Assembly (NCBI GenBank): GCA_977020255.1
Contig: CDROCS010004439.1
Location: forward strand, 1 to 59,213
From: Obrimoposthia wandeli
Taxonomy: Eukaryota
Reading direction: 5' to 3'
Length of the DNA: 59,213 nucleotides
The notes under the pieces were generated by a model that worked only from the letters and a program-made list of their open reading frames with translations, was not told the origin of the DNA and ran no database searches. Each line of letters begins with the position of its first letter. The stretch's first letter is position 1. The position numbers were made by a program, and so were the translations under genes. Shown one piece after another: positions 1 to 14,849 of this stretch.

Positions 1-593
1 ATTGTTTCGAGCTTGAAACTGATCCTAGTCTGGATTTTAAGATGATCTAGGATATTTGATTTAACTCCAATTCTGGGCTATGGAATATCTCAATACGTCT
101 GAATGGATATTTGCTGATGACGGGAAAATGCAGCCTCTCCTGGACTTTGAGTGGTAATATGTTGTTTTATGTTTAATAAATATTTTGAAAAATAATTTTT
201 GTCTCGTATTTGTTTTTGCTCCTCTAAATTATATATAGATCTGACCGATTTTCTCCTCTAAATTCTAAAACTGACATAGATATTTAACATGTAGTAATTT
301 ATTAATCTAAAATCTTTCTTAGCCAAAAATAGTAGTAATATTTGAAATCTCGTCTGCGAAAAAAGCCGTCGGGGTCAATATGGATTCTCGTGGTCTTCTC
401 TAACCACTTTTGAGATTCATGGTAAAGTTTAACAAATATAATTGAGGGGTACCCTTCCTTCCCCCCTTGGGTGGAATGGAGACACACATACACGAAATTC
501 CTCCACACACCTACGAAATTTCCTCCACACACATGCACGGTTTAAAGGACAGTAGGGGGAGGGGGTGTGGATTAGACAGGACATCCACCTACT
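1..593 (+). mobile_element. Right end of a Maverick/Polinton copy: 3' part of SSB-like gene B, subterminal region and terminal inverted repeat
   Basis: 1-400 matches 32760-33140 and 46370-46790. It ends ...GACAGGACATCCACCTACT at 593, like the terminus at 33949, with CACGAAA-containing subterminal repeats at about 482-540. Confidence 0.85.
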
Positions 594-599
594 TTTATG

Positions 600-1452
600 A
601 GCCAAGATAGTGTTCCACAGTCTACGAATGTTTTTGAATATGATTTAGGTGAAGACTATTTAGGATTTGTTGTGAAATGCTTGTATTTTCAACCTGCTCT
701 TAAAAAACTTCAATGAAATGAAGCATTAATACTAGAGTTATATTTCATAATGAACAAAAAATAAGACAGTCGCTAATAGAAAAGAAATCTGAAAAATATT
801 ACGGAAAAAAAAATTGCCCAACAAATTATGCAATGTAACACAAATCTTATTAGAGGGTTCAGTAGATGCTGACATGTGCTTCGACACTGCCATTCGATAT
901 GTTGAAAAATAGGTTCATTTCAATGATAAAATTTGAAATATTAATCAATTTAAATATGGAGTAATTCCAAATTTAGAACTAATTTTAGAAGTGGTTGATA
1001 TTTACAAAATAAGCATTAATCAAGACATTATGTTCGAAGAATATATATATTTTAAAATATTTGTTAATCAACTAAAATGAAAAGAGAAAACAATTGCCTT
1101 GTTATAAAATGGGTTCTATTTTTTTAAAAGTTATTGAGCATATATTTTCGATTCCCCATTCAAATTCCATTTCAGAAAGAATATTCAGTTTGATGACAAC
1201 TGCTTGGCGTAAGGACCGGAATAGGCTACTGATTGAAAATTTAGAAGCTGAACTAATGATTAAAGAAAATTTTAGAATGTCGTTAAAGAATTCCAAGATT
1301 TTTTTTAAAGGCTGACGGTTTTATGATTTTGGGAAAAATGAAATCTAGTGCTAAATACAGTGTTATTTAGTAATATTTATTATATAATTTACTTATGTTG
1401 TTTGCATCCTGATCTTGTCCCGCATTGCAATTTTTTATAATCTGGCATCCTG
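600..1452 (+). pseudogene. hAT transposase C-terminal remnant with probable right TIR
   Basis: ORF 1094-1315 contains IPHSNSISERIFSLM..W..DRNRL, the hAT dimerization-domain motif. The upstream frame is broken by stops. TCTGGCATCCTG at 1441-1452 resembles a hAT terminus. Confidence 0.7.
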
Positions 1453-4400
1453 ACATGAGCACTTATATGGGAATCTAAATTTTACAATATATAAAGTAAG
1501 TTTTTTAATATTAGTATGTATATAATTAGTACTACAATTTAAGTACTTTTTAAAGTTGTACTTATTAATTATACATCGTTAACTGTGGTGCAATGTTTAG
1601 CTGAGCATAATTATTATTTTTTAAAGTTAGATGTTTAAGAGTAATAGTACTTAAATATAAATATTTTAATACAGAAATATTCATGTCTTCTATATCAACA
1701 CAGGCTTCAATTAGTAGAAAATTACGTAAAATATAAAGTTCACGTTTAGTAGAATACGGGAAAAAAGCCAATATTAAAGAAATCTGCACAGAAAAATAGA
1801 GTAGAGCGGACCAATGAAAGAGAATAAATAAACTTAACTGAAACTGAAGATAAAAGTATAAACTTATGAATTTTGTATATCATAGTTATGAATTAAAAAC
1901 TCCATATGATATTTAGTTGACCGATACGTAGTTAACGCTATAATTGTTCAATACAAAAATTTTGCCAGAAATCTATGTACCCAGGGCGATCCGAGAACCT
2001 TTTGTCAAAATTGAAATCGTATAAATATACATTTTTACTGTACCCTGGCATTTCTAATGAATAAATTGTTTAGTTACTTATGCTATTTCAGCAAACAGTT
2101 TGACGCAGAAGACAATTTGAGACAGAGTTTGTAAAGGGCATCTCCAACAAGAACACTCAGAAACAGATGACCACGTTTTATTCAATTTGTAAGTATTTTA
2201 CCTCTTTGTCGAGTCCTGACAATTAAAATAAGAAAGAGGATTTAAAAAATGTGACAACATTTGGAATGGCTAATTTTCTTCTCTAAGGCACTGAACATAG
2301 CATACGAATTTTTGTAGCAACATGGACGAGAGACTGGGTCATTACTTATTAGCTTCTAGGGTGACTTTGTCTAAAACTTTTTGTAGAAAGGGCATGGTTG
2401 AGACCCTCGACCTGAACAATAGTCTCAACAACGGTGAAAGAATAGAAACGTCTGAGGCTCACAATCTTAAAATCATTTCATAATTTCCGTCACCATCATG
2501 AGTCTAACCAAATCTGATTAGTCTGCCCAACCAGAACAAGCCCGAAGATACATAATTAACCGCTGCTGCTGATACTTCTTATTTTATCAATCAATGCTTG
2601 CATTTGCATTTTATTGTCAATCAACGATGATAAGTGATAAAAAAAGTTCTTCTTCATTAAGAAAAGATTATATACTACTGGCTGATTGTTATAAAGCATT
2701 AAAAATACAGTAAATTCACGTAGTTAAAGTACAGAAGCTAAATAAATGTGTTGTGTTAACAGGTTAAAGTATTGAAAAAATCAAAAGCCAGAGAAGTGAA
2801 ACCTGCCACTGCTGATTCACTACAGTGAAAGATATTATGTAATTTCAGGAAGCACGTATTGACTAAATTAATAAACCTAAAAATAACATATTTGATTTTT
2901 AACTCTATTTTCCCATCTAGACATGTTTTTTTATTTTATTATTATGTTTAATATTTAGATTGTATATTTATATTCATCGAACAACCGACAACATGAGTAG
3001 GAATGTAAAACTGATTCAAATCGATTTTGTTTGTCTGTGGTTATTTAACCATTAATCTGGGGGTCTCTTTAACGAGTTTAGCATTTGTGGATCTTATATA
3101 TATGTGGAATATTTCCAACTCCCACCAATCGGGAACCATTATGCTCCAGTTTTTTTGTGATATAATTTAAATTCCAATAAATCAATCATTTATATTTTTT
3201 TTTAATTTTGACTTTAATATATTTATGATTTGCCCCAAATTTACGATTTATCAATTTCTTCGTAGATTTAATCTTATTTTAAAATTAGTAATCAATTATT
3301 AAATAACAACGGAATAAGTTGGATAGTCCTGTAATAACAGGAAACTCCATTAACTTTTTGAATTAAAAGAAAATTTGATGCTCACCTTGAGATCTCTTTA
3401 ATCAAATAGTTTTTATTGCACAGTAATTATCAATAATAACAAGTGTTTATATTTAGACAACAACAAAAAGTTGACTTCAAATTCCTGATAAGAAAAGGTT
3501 ATTCAGATTCAAACCCAAAACAATTGATTTTACATGATGTAATTTGTTTTTGTTTCAGTTGGAACCATGAGTAAATTTTTGAGCAACAAAATGTCAAGAA
3601 CGGTATGGAAAGGAAGAAACATGATCAAATGAAGAAATAACTTTTAAGGCAAATATTGAAAGAAATAACTCACTCAAACCGACTGCATCTGATCTGATGA
3701 TGCAATTGTCAGTGATATAGAGTATTAACAAAATTAACAAAATCTTTCCAACAGTTCAATTATTATATTTGGGGATAACTGTTCAGCTCACACTAAAAGA
3801 AAAATTACACACAATCGTTTAGAATTTCTCAAATTTATTTGAACATCCATCAATTAGATAATTAACTTCAATGAATTTTATCAGTAAGCTAGTGAAGCTG
3901 ACACTGCACCATCTGGAGATCTGGTGATATTCAGCCAACGACTTCAACCCATGGGTCTCAATTATACAAGATTCCAAGTTAATAGCCATAGATTGAGATG
4001 TTAAACCCAAAAATATTGCAACTACTATAGAATCGCAGTTTTTATCCCTTTGATCCGTTCAAATTGTCAAACTTCAAGATGATGCGATGTATGCATTGGT
4101 AGAGGTTACAAATAAAGAAAGAGCATATGTCGATCGATAACAATATGATCTGATATGATGAAAAATCTGCCAACATTGACAAAATATGATGATTGTATTG
4201 AATCCTGATCGATCAAAGACAGCAAAAATGCCTTTGAAACTCTTCAAACATACATGATGCAACAAAGATTCGATTTATTTTCTGCTCTTGACCTAGTTCA
4301 CGATAAGATCAATAAAAAAATTAAACCTCAAAAACAACTTACATTGACGCTTTACTGTCAGTATACTTTTTTAATATAACCCTATAGTAAGCAATGTGCA

Positions 4401-6699
4401 AAATAACAGTATGTATTACAGAAATAATAGTTTTATAAAAAAACAATATATATTATTAGTATTGATTGGTAATCGAGATAAATGAGGCCTTTTACAAACG
4501 TCACTCAATTAACGGATTCAGTGCATAAAACATTAAATGTGAGTTATTATGTTTGGCATGATTTAAGACCATATTAGTCAAAAATTAAACAAATGGTTAA
4601 AATGGTTAGAAAGCAGAAACCATAATATGCAGTGAAGAAATACATCAGAACATAAAGTAAGACAAAAATATTTCCAATTTTACGCTGTCCGGATAGTGCA
4701 TATACTTTCTTTTGCGTGGTATAAACAGTGATTAATGACAATGATCTCTGTAGTGGAAATTGATTCATCATTTATTGCCGTGAATTATTGGCGGTGGGTC
4801 GATCGAAAAACGAAGTTATTGTTTTCGAAAATTAATGAATTGCGAGTGGTAGTTAGATCCAGAATCGTCTTTTGACCGACCAGGTGCGAGTATCTATCGT
4901 ATACATGTGTCACACGAATCTGTTCATTGGACACGAGTGTATTCCTAAAACCAGCAACTCCATCAGCTTTATTTTGTGTTTTTTATGTGACCTACAGACT
5001 CGTAACCATTTTGACAAGTTATTTTTCTTTCTGATTTTAAGGATTATTTTATATATTGTTCGTCCTGTTTAATCCATGTGGCATGCATTAACAGCAGGCT
5101 CATCTATAGCAAATATAACATGTTATTATCAAAAAAATAATGTAAAGTTTCAGAATAGATAAATATGGTAAGAGTTAAATTTTAAATAAGTTAAAAAATG
5201 TCTGACAAAGTGATACAGTAAAATAATAATATAAATATTCTAACTCAAAGTTATAAAGCTACTTTTTAAATATTCTACTTTATTGAAATTTTATAAATTT
5301 TTTTGTTGTATTTATTGACCAAATCCACGATTAGAGATCAGAAGACAGGCGGTAATACAACGGGAATCGAGGCTCACTCCACAAACAATATGTAAAGATT
5401 GCTCCAAACTAACTCAGACAAAGAGAATATATTCAATGGAAATATCCCCAGGGTAATTTAAGCCTCAAATAAGCTGTTAGATAATCGAAATACAGTAAAT
5501 ATTTACCTAATCAGAACGGACAACAGAACAAAACAAGAAGTGAAAAGAACTTTCCAGGTGAACTTCTTCATATGCGCGAATCTATTACCGCAGGCAGATT
5601 GAAGGATATATTAATCCACGGTGTGAACATCGGCGACCATGAACATTTGGCTGAAGAAGCGATTGAATGACGAAACTGCAAGCATCTAATGCTGAAGAAC
5701 CTCAAGAAATAACTAATGGCGAAGATTTGAAATGCTTCAATACATGTATTCAATGGCTTCAACAGCCTGTAGAAATTCTGGACAGCTGCAAACCTTCACC
5801 CACTGAGAATCGACGGCACATTTTCCTTTTTTCGGGCAGCCCTCAAAACACTGCTGTCGGGATAAAGAGAATTTACTGTATTCGTATTTTTGAAAATAAA
5901 TGTTTTCACTAAAAGAAAGTATAAAAATTAATTTATATACATATCTTTGATATTTTGTACTGAATTTTAAAACGGTTTCTTAAGAATGAAAACAAAGAAT
6001 CATTTATTGAGAGATAAATACATTCTGTCAAAAATCATTTGCAATTATAGGCAATAGCTAAACATGCAGGGAAACCCTTCATAATGTTTTTCTTTCTGAT
6101 CGTTCCACATTCCATAGGTTTTAGACAGTTAATATTGACTAAACAAAATATTTGACAAAAATTAGGTTTGTTTCACATCCATATAAAGTATTCGATATGA
6201 TTTCTACCATATATTCTCCACGGAAATATCTTTTATCTCTAATTTAGTATAGGTTTTTAATGGAATGGATGTCATGCCGCGAACATATGAGCCAAATCAA
6301 GTCAAACTAGAGTTATGGAATATGGTCAAGTTTGTAAGTCTTCCATCTTTGATCAATAGATTTGCTGTGAAAATATGAGTAAGCCCTTTTCTATTGATGA
6401 GTTTGTGGTCATTCATAAAAATTATAATAATTATTTTAAAAGAACAGCGTGTGAATGTATAAAAGAAACCAGTCATTCATTTATGGTTACCATATTTTTA
6501 TTTTAAAAATAGACTATTTTCTTAAAGTCAATGAAAAAAGAATAAAAAAGAGAACAAAGTATACTAAAAATATTAATTATTATTAACTTTATAATAAAAT
6601 AATACAAAATTCAATATAGAAAACAAGTTTAAATAAAAAGGAACTTCAATTCAAAATAAGCTAAACACACTAAATTAAAAAAAAATTAAACAAATAAAT

Positions 6700-8330
6700 T
6701 CAGTCCCCAATACAATTCCAGTACTTATTTAAATACATATTTCGCTGTTCCTGAATTTCGGATAGCAGCTGTTTGCCATATTCAGTAAACAATTTGAATA
6801 AAATTAAGAGTAATCCAAATGCTTTAAGTTGAATTCAACCATTGGTGGAACTGCTTAACAGACTCCGACAGCAGTCTGTTTATTTCGTCAGTCCACTTTG
6901 CTTTCATTAAACTAAAAATTCTTTCAGTGTTGGCATTGTGTGTCGGTATTGTAAAAACAGTAGCTACATAGTTTTAAAATTCGGAAGATGTGCTATCATG
7001 TCTTCTTTCGAAATATTTCACCCACATTTTTAAATTCATCGTCATCTTGCACTTTATTTTAAAAATATATTTAAGTTTAGGCTTTGGTCGAATAATCGTG
7101 AACCATTTTTTATCCACATTTTTCTGTCAAAAATGCAATAGTTTTTTTCAATTTCGTTTAACGTCTGCATAACGTTAAAACGCATCAAATCAAAAACACT
7201 AAATACCTGCAAGGAAGCTATCCACATTTTCAAATACTCTACACAGCGACTATATACGTGAATTAATTCATTCTTCATATTTACTCTAGGGTCGTCATTA
7301 TTTCGGTGTCAAAAAGAGAATTAAAGCAGAGAATAATTCCAGAATTCGATGTATAACCGGGAATAACGACAACAAAGGAGTTGTTGAATGAAATAGAAGT
7401 TTTGAAGTCTACATAAACGAAGCTACAAAGTTTTTTAAGTTTCGGTACGAACTGTATAGATTGTAAAGCACATAATCTATTTTCAATACAGTAGATTCTA
7501 CATCAATCGGAAGTACATCTAGTCTGAACAGAATCATTCAAAATATGGGCTGGGCAACCAATACCAATTAATTCCATTACGAGTTAATTCTGCAATTGAG
7601 TGTACACCTTATTACTGCCTCTCTTATCACCACCAAAATGGCTTTACAGTTGTCACCAGCAAAAGCAATACAATTGTCATTAAAATGTACATTGTCCAGA
7701 GCTGATATTATAAAGGAATTAAAGTTAATTTTTCCACATTTTCAGCTTGAACTGATTTCATTTCAATTAATGCAACGTTTATCCCAAACTCCTTCACGCA
7801 ATACTGATTTAGTATTGGACACATGTTTGTTACGCCATGCTTTGAACCATCTGTACATGCACCAACATACTGTACATTCTTAGTTTCGATTGCATCCAAA
7901 AATAGTTTTTAGCGAATTTAGCGCTAAAACATTATTGACATTTGCCTTAGTTTTTTCCTGCCTGAAGACATTTTTCATTGCAATTTGAGTCTGAACAGTC
8001 ATAAGATTTATAGCTTCGATGATGTTTCACTGTGTGTAGCTCCTGGCGTCAATATTTGTTCTTCTAAAGTTTTGTTTATCAAAGTAACGAATGTTGAAAT
8101 GTTTCCACTAGAGTTTGTTGATAGAATACGACCTTTATGTTTTAGTAATGGTAGATGCAGGTCAAAATCAGCCTTGCCTTTATTTGTAATGAAAACAGTT
8201 GAATTGCATACCTCGAACACTTCGTGGTTCGCCTTCAATTGTTTGAAAATAGTTTTTTATTCAAGCTCATCGCTAAATTTACATTTTCATCGGGATACTT
8301 TATGACTAGATAGTTTCGAAAATATATTTA
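6700..8330 (-). pseudogene. Decayed hAT transposase, same broad family as 600-1452
   Basis: Minus-strand pieces: IAFAGDN (catalytic region), LPIDVESTVLKI, ORF 7054-7278, and TIPTHNANTERIFSLMKAKWTDEINRL (dimerization motif). Many stops and frameshifts. Confidence 0.75.
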
Positions 8331-8819
8331 AAAAGCTAATAATGAATATAAGGTTCAAAATACTTTTCATACAAACAAAAATTAATAACAAATTTACGAT
8401 ACAAAACAAGAGCAGAATGACGACAATGAATATAAATCCAGCAAAGAAATCAAAACAAAGTCGTCGACGAATTTCTGAATGGCCGTTGTGTATGACATTT
8501 TGTTAACAATTCGTTGTAGACAACTTTTCAAAGACAAAAAAATAAAATAAATTTTATTTTTAAAAAGAGAAAAAAAAGAGAAAGATGTATTTCAGAGACA
8601 ATTGTAAATGCAAAATTAAAACAGGAAATAGAAGAGTCAGAATGGAAAAAGTATAAACTACAAAGTAAACAGATCAAGCAGAGTACGGTTGGTAAAATAC
8701 ATTCATAAAAAATAGAAAAGGATTGCCTGAAACTTCTTTTTAAAAAATTAACAACTATTTTTGGGTGACTCATACAGAAATAAATTTTTAAGAAGAAAAA
8801 AGTTCAAATATTTAAATAT

Positions 8820-9210
8820 CATGCCACTCATACAGTTCTCGTAATGAATAGTATGACTGACAAATGATGCCAAAGATTGCAGCTGGTATGACTAAAATCT
8901 TTCAACCAGTGGACATAAGTGTCAACCGATTTTAAAACATAAACTCGAGAAAAGTGAGAGAAATGGATTGGTTCCAGAGACCTTATTTACTGCAACTGAG
9001 AGGATGGATGAAATAGCTTTGTAGGTTAGGGATTCTTACAATAAAGTTATCAGACAAGCTATAATTATTGCAGGATTGGATCAAAAAGATGAGGAATTAG
9101 AAGATGAATCTAAAGAGAGAGAATTTGCCGCTACTACCTGAGACTGTTGAGCTCTTTCAATCCGACATTGAAGATAAAAATTTCAATGGGTTTACAGCAG
9201 AAAATTGAAT
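8820..9210 (+). pseudogene. pogo/Tigger-type DDE transposase C-terminal remnant
   Basis: Frame-broken IAAGMTK..QPVDISVNR motif (pogo consensus IPGGMT..LQPLDVSVN) followed by an acidic tail ending ..EDKNFNGF. Confidence 0.55.
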
Positions 9211-9829
9211 AAATTTTTCGTTTTAAATGTTTTTGTAATGATTAGTATTTTTGGGTTTCCTTTATTTTAGATTTATTTTTATTACTGATAATGTTTTTGC
9301 GTTGTATTTCCTAGCCCTTACAACAAAAAATTAAAAAAATACAGTAAAATAAAAAGCAGAGAAAATGTAGCGCTTCGTTTATTTAAAAAAAAATTATATT
9401 GATGTTGACAAAAGTGGAATTGAGTTTTAACTAAAAAACCACTGTGAAATTGAAATAATTTTAAACTAAATTACCTTCCGTTCAATTATAGTAGTATTCA
9501 TTAAAAACGGAAATATGATCTTTCCAATACAATATTTGTTGCATCATGACCCACAACCATGTCAATAGGGTCACCGCAAGGTGCTGTCAATCTTATACCT
9601 CAGTTAAGTCATTTTTACACCTGGTTACTGTTCTATTTAAAAATGTTAAATTCTGCTGTTTTTATATAATTACCGTATTTGCTACAATAGACTTTTAATT
9701 TAAATTTGACCCTGGTTCAACTATTTTGAATATAAAATTATAGTAGAATTATGAAAAATTAAATAATAACACATTACCCTTCTAATGGTATATTTCAATA
9801 AAACATTTACAGTGCCTTACAAATTATAG

Positions 9830-10200
9830 ATTTGCACGACCTGGAGAAAGTTTTAATCGGACACCAGGGTTTTAAAATGAAATTATGGGATATCTAGACG
9901 CCAATATAATTTGATGGTTTAAGGAGATGAACACGCTACAAAGGAAAATATGACACAAGTTCAGCTAATAAATTTGATCCCCGCGCAAACTCCTGTTCTG
10001 AATTTGTCTGTTACACCGTTGGGTTCTCCACGTCGAGGAATTACAGTCAGACAGATATCCCAGCAGATGCAAATATTCACAAGAAACTGTACAAAATTCT
10101 GAAACTATATCCTCTTAAATGTTATAAAGAGCTTGAACCCAACAGACTACTGCACCTGGATTCTATCACAAGCAACGCAACAGGAAATTCAATGTCATTT
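9830..10200 (+). pseudogene. Tc1/mariner-superfamily transposase N-terminal remnant
   Basis: SPRRGITVRQISQQMQI..KILKLYP...ELNPTDY resembles the HTH/linker region preceding the DDE domain. It is frame-broken. Confidence 0.5.
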
Positions 10201-10229
10201 TAGAAAGCCTGAGACACCATTTCACACCA

Positions 10230-11029
10230 AAAATAGACATATTCTATATTTTAAAAATCAAATATTCACTCACGTATTATTTGATCCTTGCATATTTCGA
10301 ACATGTGATAGGTAGTGAGTTATCTAAATAGATAAATTGCAGCTAAGATCTAATTTGTATCATACATTATTATCGAAATCATTTCGAAAAGAAATGTATT
10401 GAATATTAAATTAATGATAATTTGACACTTACATTTCTGATTAAAGGATAATCGAATTCCAGAAAAATATTTTTAAATTCGAACAACTGATTCTTAAATG
10501 TTTCTAGATAACATGTCCAAATTTTGTAGTTCCGGCTTAAAATTGGCTTCTAAATTTCTAAAATAAACAGAAAATCAAAGAATTTCACCTTAACTGTACT
10601 AATCTGTCTTTTATACGATGCAACAACTTCCCGGAGGAACTATTTGACTCAAAATAATGACATAATTCTTCCAGCTGTTCCTCAATAAAATCAAACGTAT
10701 CACGCAAAATTTCCTCAAGTGTATTCATTGTGTTTTGCTTCAGTATTTTCGACTTATCGACTATTATTCCAATTTTTGAAATTGCAATAATAACAATACA
10801 GCTTTTAATATAAATACAACATGCTCTCAATCGGTTCAAATCTTCTCGGGTTGTTATTAAAATAATAGATTTTAAATATTTCTAAATTTATACAGTTTTA
10901 TTAAAATATATTTTAAAACTTACTGACTAAATTTGTTAAATTTAACTCTGAAAAAATATTATTAGTAAGATATTCAAAGAACAAATGCTCAAAAGCAGCG
11001 AGATCAAATACTCTTTCGATAGAAGACAT
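10230..11029 (-). CDS. Probable multi-exon host gene with micro-introns, product unknown
   Basis: ATG at 11029. Exon 11029-10928 joins in frame across a 46-nt GT-AG intron (10927-10882) to the 10585-10839 ORF. Further open segments ending in GTAAGT/GTGAGT donors lie downstream, but one junction is not cleanly resolved. Confidence 0.4.
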
Positions 11030-13019
11030 ATTAAATTATTTCAAAAATGGTCTGTAAGAGTTAAAGCATAAATTAAAAAAAGATAATCTTACCCTCTATA
11101 TTTCCAGTTTATAGTCAAGACTGACAATTCAAAAAAAGTAATTGTAAAAATGGGCAGATAATACTTTACGCTATTTTAAATATTTCGCTAAAAGTAACCC
11201 AATGGACTCAAGTTTTCACTGTAAAATAAATTAGTCTAAATTAAAACCACATGATTAAATAGATAATTTAGAAAAACATATACAAATATCTTTATAAATA
11301 GCACATTTAAACTATAAAATACTCAGATATCATTCTGTCCGACTAGCTCATTTCAATAAAACTATTTTCATTTGATATTTCATAGATAATACGGAGATAT
11401 TCTATTCCAATGGCGGTTTTACCCTTAATTTGACCTAAAATTAATTATATTTTCATATTTTTGATCATATAGATCTTAAAATATATCTATAAATAAGCAC
11501 ATTTAAACTATAAAATGCTCAGATATCATCCTGTCCGACTAGAAACGTTTAATGATTTTTAAAATAAATATAAAGTGTCTAATTTCTTATGATTTCTTAT
11601 ATTTCTTTCTCTAATTCTTTTTTCCCACTCATTAGTAGAATAAACAATCTAATATAACTTATGTATATTCAAAAGTGTTTTAAGGGTTCCTCATGTACCA
11701 AATCATATGAAAGTACAACTTAAATATAACTAAATAAAACTTAAAAGAAAAATATTTGTGGTAGGTAACGAATTCGTAAGGAAAAATAATAAAAATCAAA
11801 TTTAGTTGATTTAATTTATGTAACTGATCTGAAAATAAATGTTATAAATTATAAATTTAAAACAGAATCAATTCATAAAACTAACGAACTACCATTGTGC
11901 TGAAAGCAAAGAAAATTGTAAATACAAATCATCTCAATGGCACAACCAAAGGTCACTAGTCACCTTTATACTCACCTAGTCAGAGTGTAAGGGTTGATAG
12001 CAATATAGGTAATGCAGATAAATTGAATAGAAAACATGGACGTTGAGTTGGAATGATGTAGTCAACATTATTAATTCGTTGCATCTGAAAAGTCTTCATA
12101 TGTTGCGGTGTGGTTCTCGGCTTTTCAGACAAAGTGCGAGACTTCACTCGATTTTGTTAATCTATGCGTATTCAATGTGATTTACGTATCTCAATGCAAA
12201 AAATGTCTAATAGCTTTAAAAGGAAATACTGAAAGACTGTCATAAACAAAAAATAGTGAAGTTCGAAAATATCTAATTTATTTAATATAGAGTTTAATTT
12301 TAAGTTGTAATAACAACTAAAGTAAATGTCAAAATAATTTTCAAGAAAACATCATGTTATATCAGCTTTAAGACATTGTCTATGAATCTAATCTTAAATT
12401 GAATAAAATATCATATTTCAATAATTTTAGAAATGGCTTTTGATGGCGTTTACATGTTATAAACAATACACTGTATTTATGTATAAATATCAGGAAAAGT
12501 AAACTATTAAGTTCAGAAGGATTTTATTTATTTTTATAGGTTAGATTACAGATTTAATATTATATGAAAATATAATCAAAGTTTAATTTTAAATTAATAA
12601 TGTTTGCTAATTTATTATATATTTTATTTAAAATTAAACTTTGTTTATATGCTTATTTGTATCTCAATTTTTGTTTAAAAATATATATAAATTATACAAA
12701 TATATTTAATTAACAATAGTTACATTTGTATACTAAATATTTTAAATATATGTCAACTTATGAAATTTAAATAAAATAATATTCATATGTAAACTGTTTC
12801 TTTTGTATTAATTTATATATGACCGATTTCACATCCAAAATATGTCAGTGAAAATTCGAGTCGGACAAGTTAATTACCTATTATTTAAACAACAAGATTT
12901 TTTAATCAATACCATGTGATTAATAAAGTATTTTAAATTCCAGATATTGTATTTACTTTTATTAATTCTAAAATAACAATGATACACATAAAGATATTAT
13001 AATTTTTTTTTAATATGTA

Positions 13020-14423
13020 TGTTAGAAAAACTGATTTGTTTAGTTGGAGTATCTTTAGGAAGTATTATTCTTGTTATTGGTGATTTACAAAGTGATTTCT
13101 TAAGTTAAACGTTACTGGTAATTCACTCGTACATCAATCTCTCTTACTCAATTGTACGAGTACTTTTCACACCTGTAAGTGCACAGTACATTTCCCATGG
13201 TTTTAGCAAATATACCTTTGTCTAAGGTTAATAGTGGTGCTACGATGTCTGTATTTGTACTAGCTAGTGCCAGCTTAGTTCTTGTTATCTATTCATTTAA
13301 TTGACAATCTCTCTCAACCATCATTTGATAAAATATGTAAATTTTGTTGTTAAAATATGTGTGTAGCTGAATTTCCCTGTGATTTATTGTAACTCTAGCC
13401 ATTAATATTGGTTCTTTTGACAAATATATTCCAGTATGGTTTGATGTGTTAATTGTCATTCACATCGCGCCTTATTCTCTTTTTTAATGAATATCAATTC
13501 TTTTTAGCTGATATTGCTATTAATAGTGAAGTTGTTGGTGTTGATGAAATTGGTCCTGTTTTGTTATAGAATCTTTCACCTCCTTTATTATACAGATAAC
13601 ATTTTACATTATTAAATTTGATTTTCTTTAGCAATATTAATGTGAATTTTTTCAGGCCTGTGTATTACTCCATTGTCCTGTCTGACAATATGTGTCTGTC
13701 ACTTTATATTCGGGATATTTCCTCATGCGTTGGGTAGTTAAATTTGATAAGTCCCATCTAATAGCATATAATCCACATATGTTTCACCTTTTCTTCTCCT
13801 TTACAATATCCATCGTTCTATCATTGTCCTATTCTCGTAATGGTTTCATATCATCGTATACCAATTTTGGTTTCGGTTTTGTAAATCTTATCTATTTATA
13901 TCATTCCTTTTCGGAATGTGTCTTCACAATCTTTTGAAGGAACGTTCTTCAATGGTCAATTTGTACTAAGTGTAATTTCGGATAAGAAACTTCTGTGTCC
14001 ACAGTAGAACGCACTGTAACTTAAATGGATGGAACACTCTCTTACTTGTACTAGTTATTTATCGACGTCCTATTAAACAAAATAGTTTTTTGATGGTTGT
14101 AATTCTGAACAATCTTTGCTGTCGAGTAATGAGTATTTCTGTTCCATCTTTGGTACACTACAATCGTAAGCAACCAGTGCCAATGTATGTTGCATTCTCA
14201 TGAACATTATTAACAGCATCATCATCATTGTTGTAGACATATTAGGTTCAATATTTCTTTTTCTAGAACGATTATGTTTATTCTCTCTTTGACGATTCTC
14301 ATTAATTGGCTCGTTATCATCTTCAGTTGCTTCCATAAATGTTTCAGCATAATCACTCAATTTTATCCATTTTCCATTCTCATCGATACGTTGTTGCAAT
14401 ACATTCTCAATTAAATACATCAC
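13020..14423 (-). pseudogene. env: Retroelement env-like glycoprotein (chuvirus/herpes gB-like class III fusogen), decayed
   Basis: A hydrophobic signal is followed by ALVAYDC..YSLLD..C. Later segments read TKLALASTN..GIFAKTMGNVL.TYRCE and LPVTF..F..PITRII, motifs typical of chuvirus-like glycoproteins carried by LTR elements. Confidence 0.7.
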
Positions 14424-14574
14424 TTGATTTATTCCTTGTTTAACTTTGTTCGATTGAATTGTCCTTTTTAATAATTAAAAACATAAGTATGTTATTGCTG
14501 TAATTATTTCCTTACTACTTGGAATTTCTGAGTTCATATCATCTCTGATATCTTCATTCCGTTCTGTGAAGTAC

Positions 14575-14792
14575 TACAGAAACAGAGCCGAAGCCAAGCG
14601 ACGACAACGATGCTCCTCCCATATAACAAGGCTTAACAACCCTATAAATGCGATTTCGACTTCTTCTCTACAATTGACGGCGGCGGCTCTTGATACAGTT
14701 TGACGATTTGTCAGCTAACGGTTGTTGTAATTGTGATCATATCTAGTATCGATTTTTTTGACTGCTACTAATAAATGTTACATTGGTCAGAA
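14575..14792 (+). mobile_element. 3' part of an LTR with PBS-like sequence
   Basis: CTATAAAT, then AATAAA, then the end TGTTACA at about 14781, immediately followed by TTGGTCAGAA. The 5' LTR boundary was not found. Confidence 0.5.
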
Positions 14793-14849
14793 ACAATTTT
14801 AATTCCTAGGTCATATCAAAACAGAAAGGGAAGACAAATCAGTCGAAAG

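Noticed and set aside
5500-6420. Coding-like decayed segments (possible Tigger C-terminus at about 5600-5770)
   Set aside because: The similarity is too weak to assign without a profile search.
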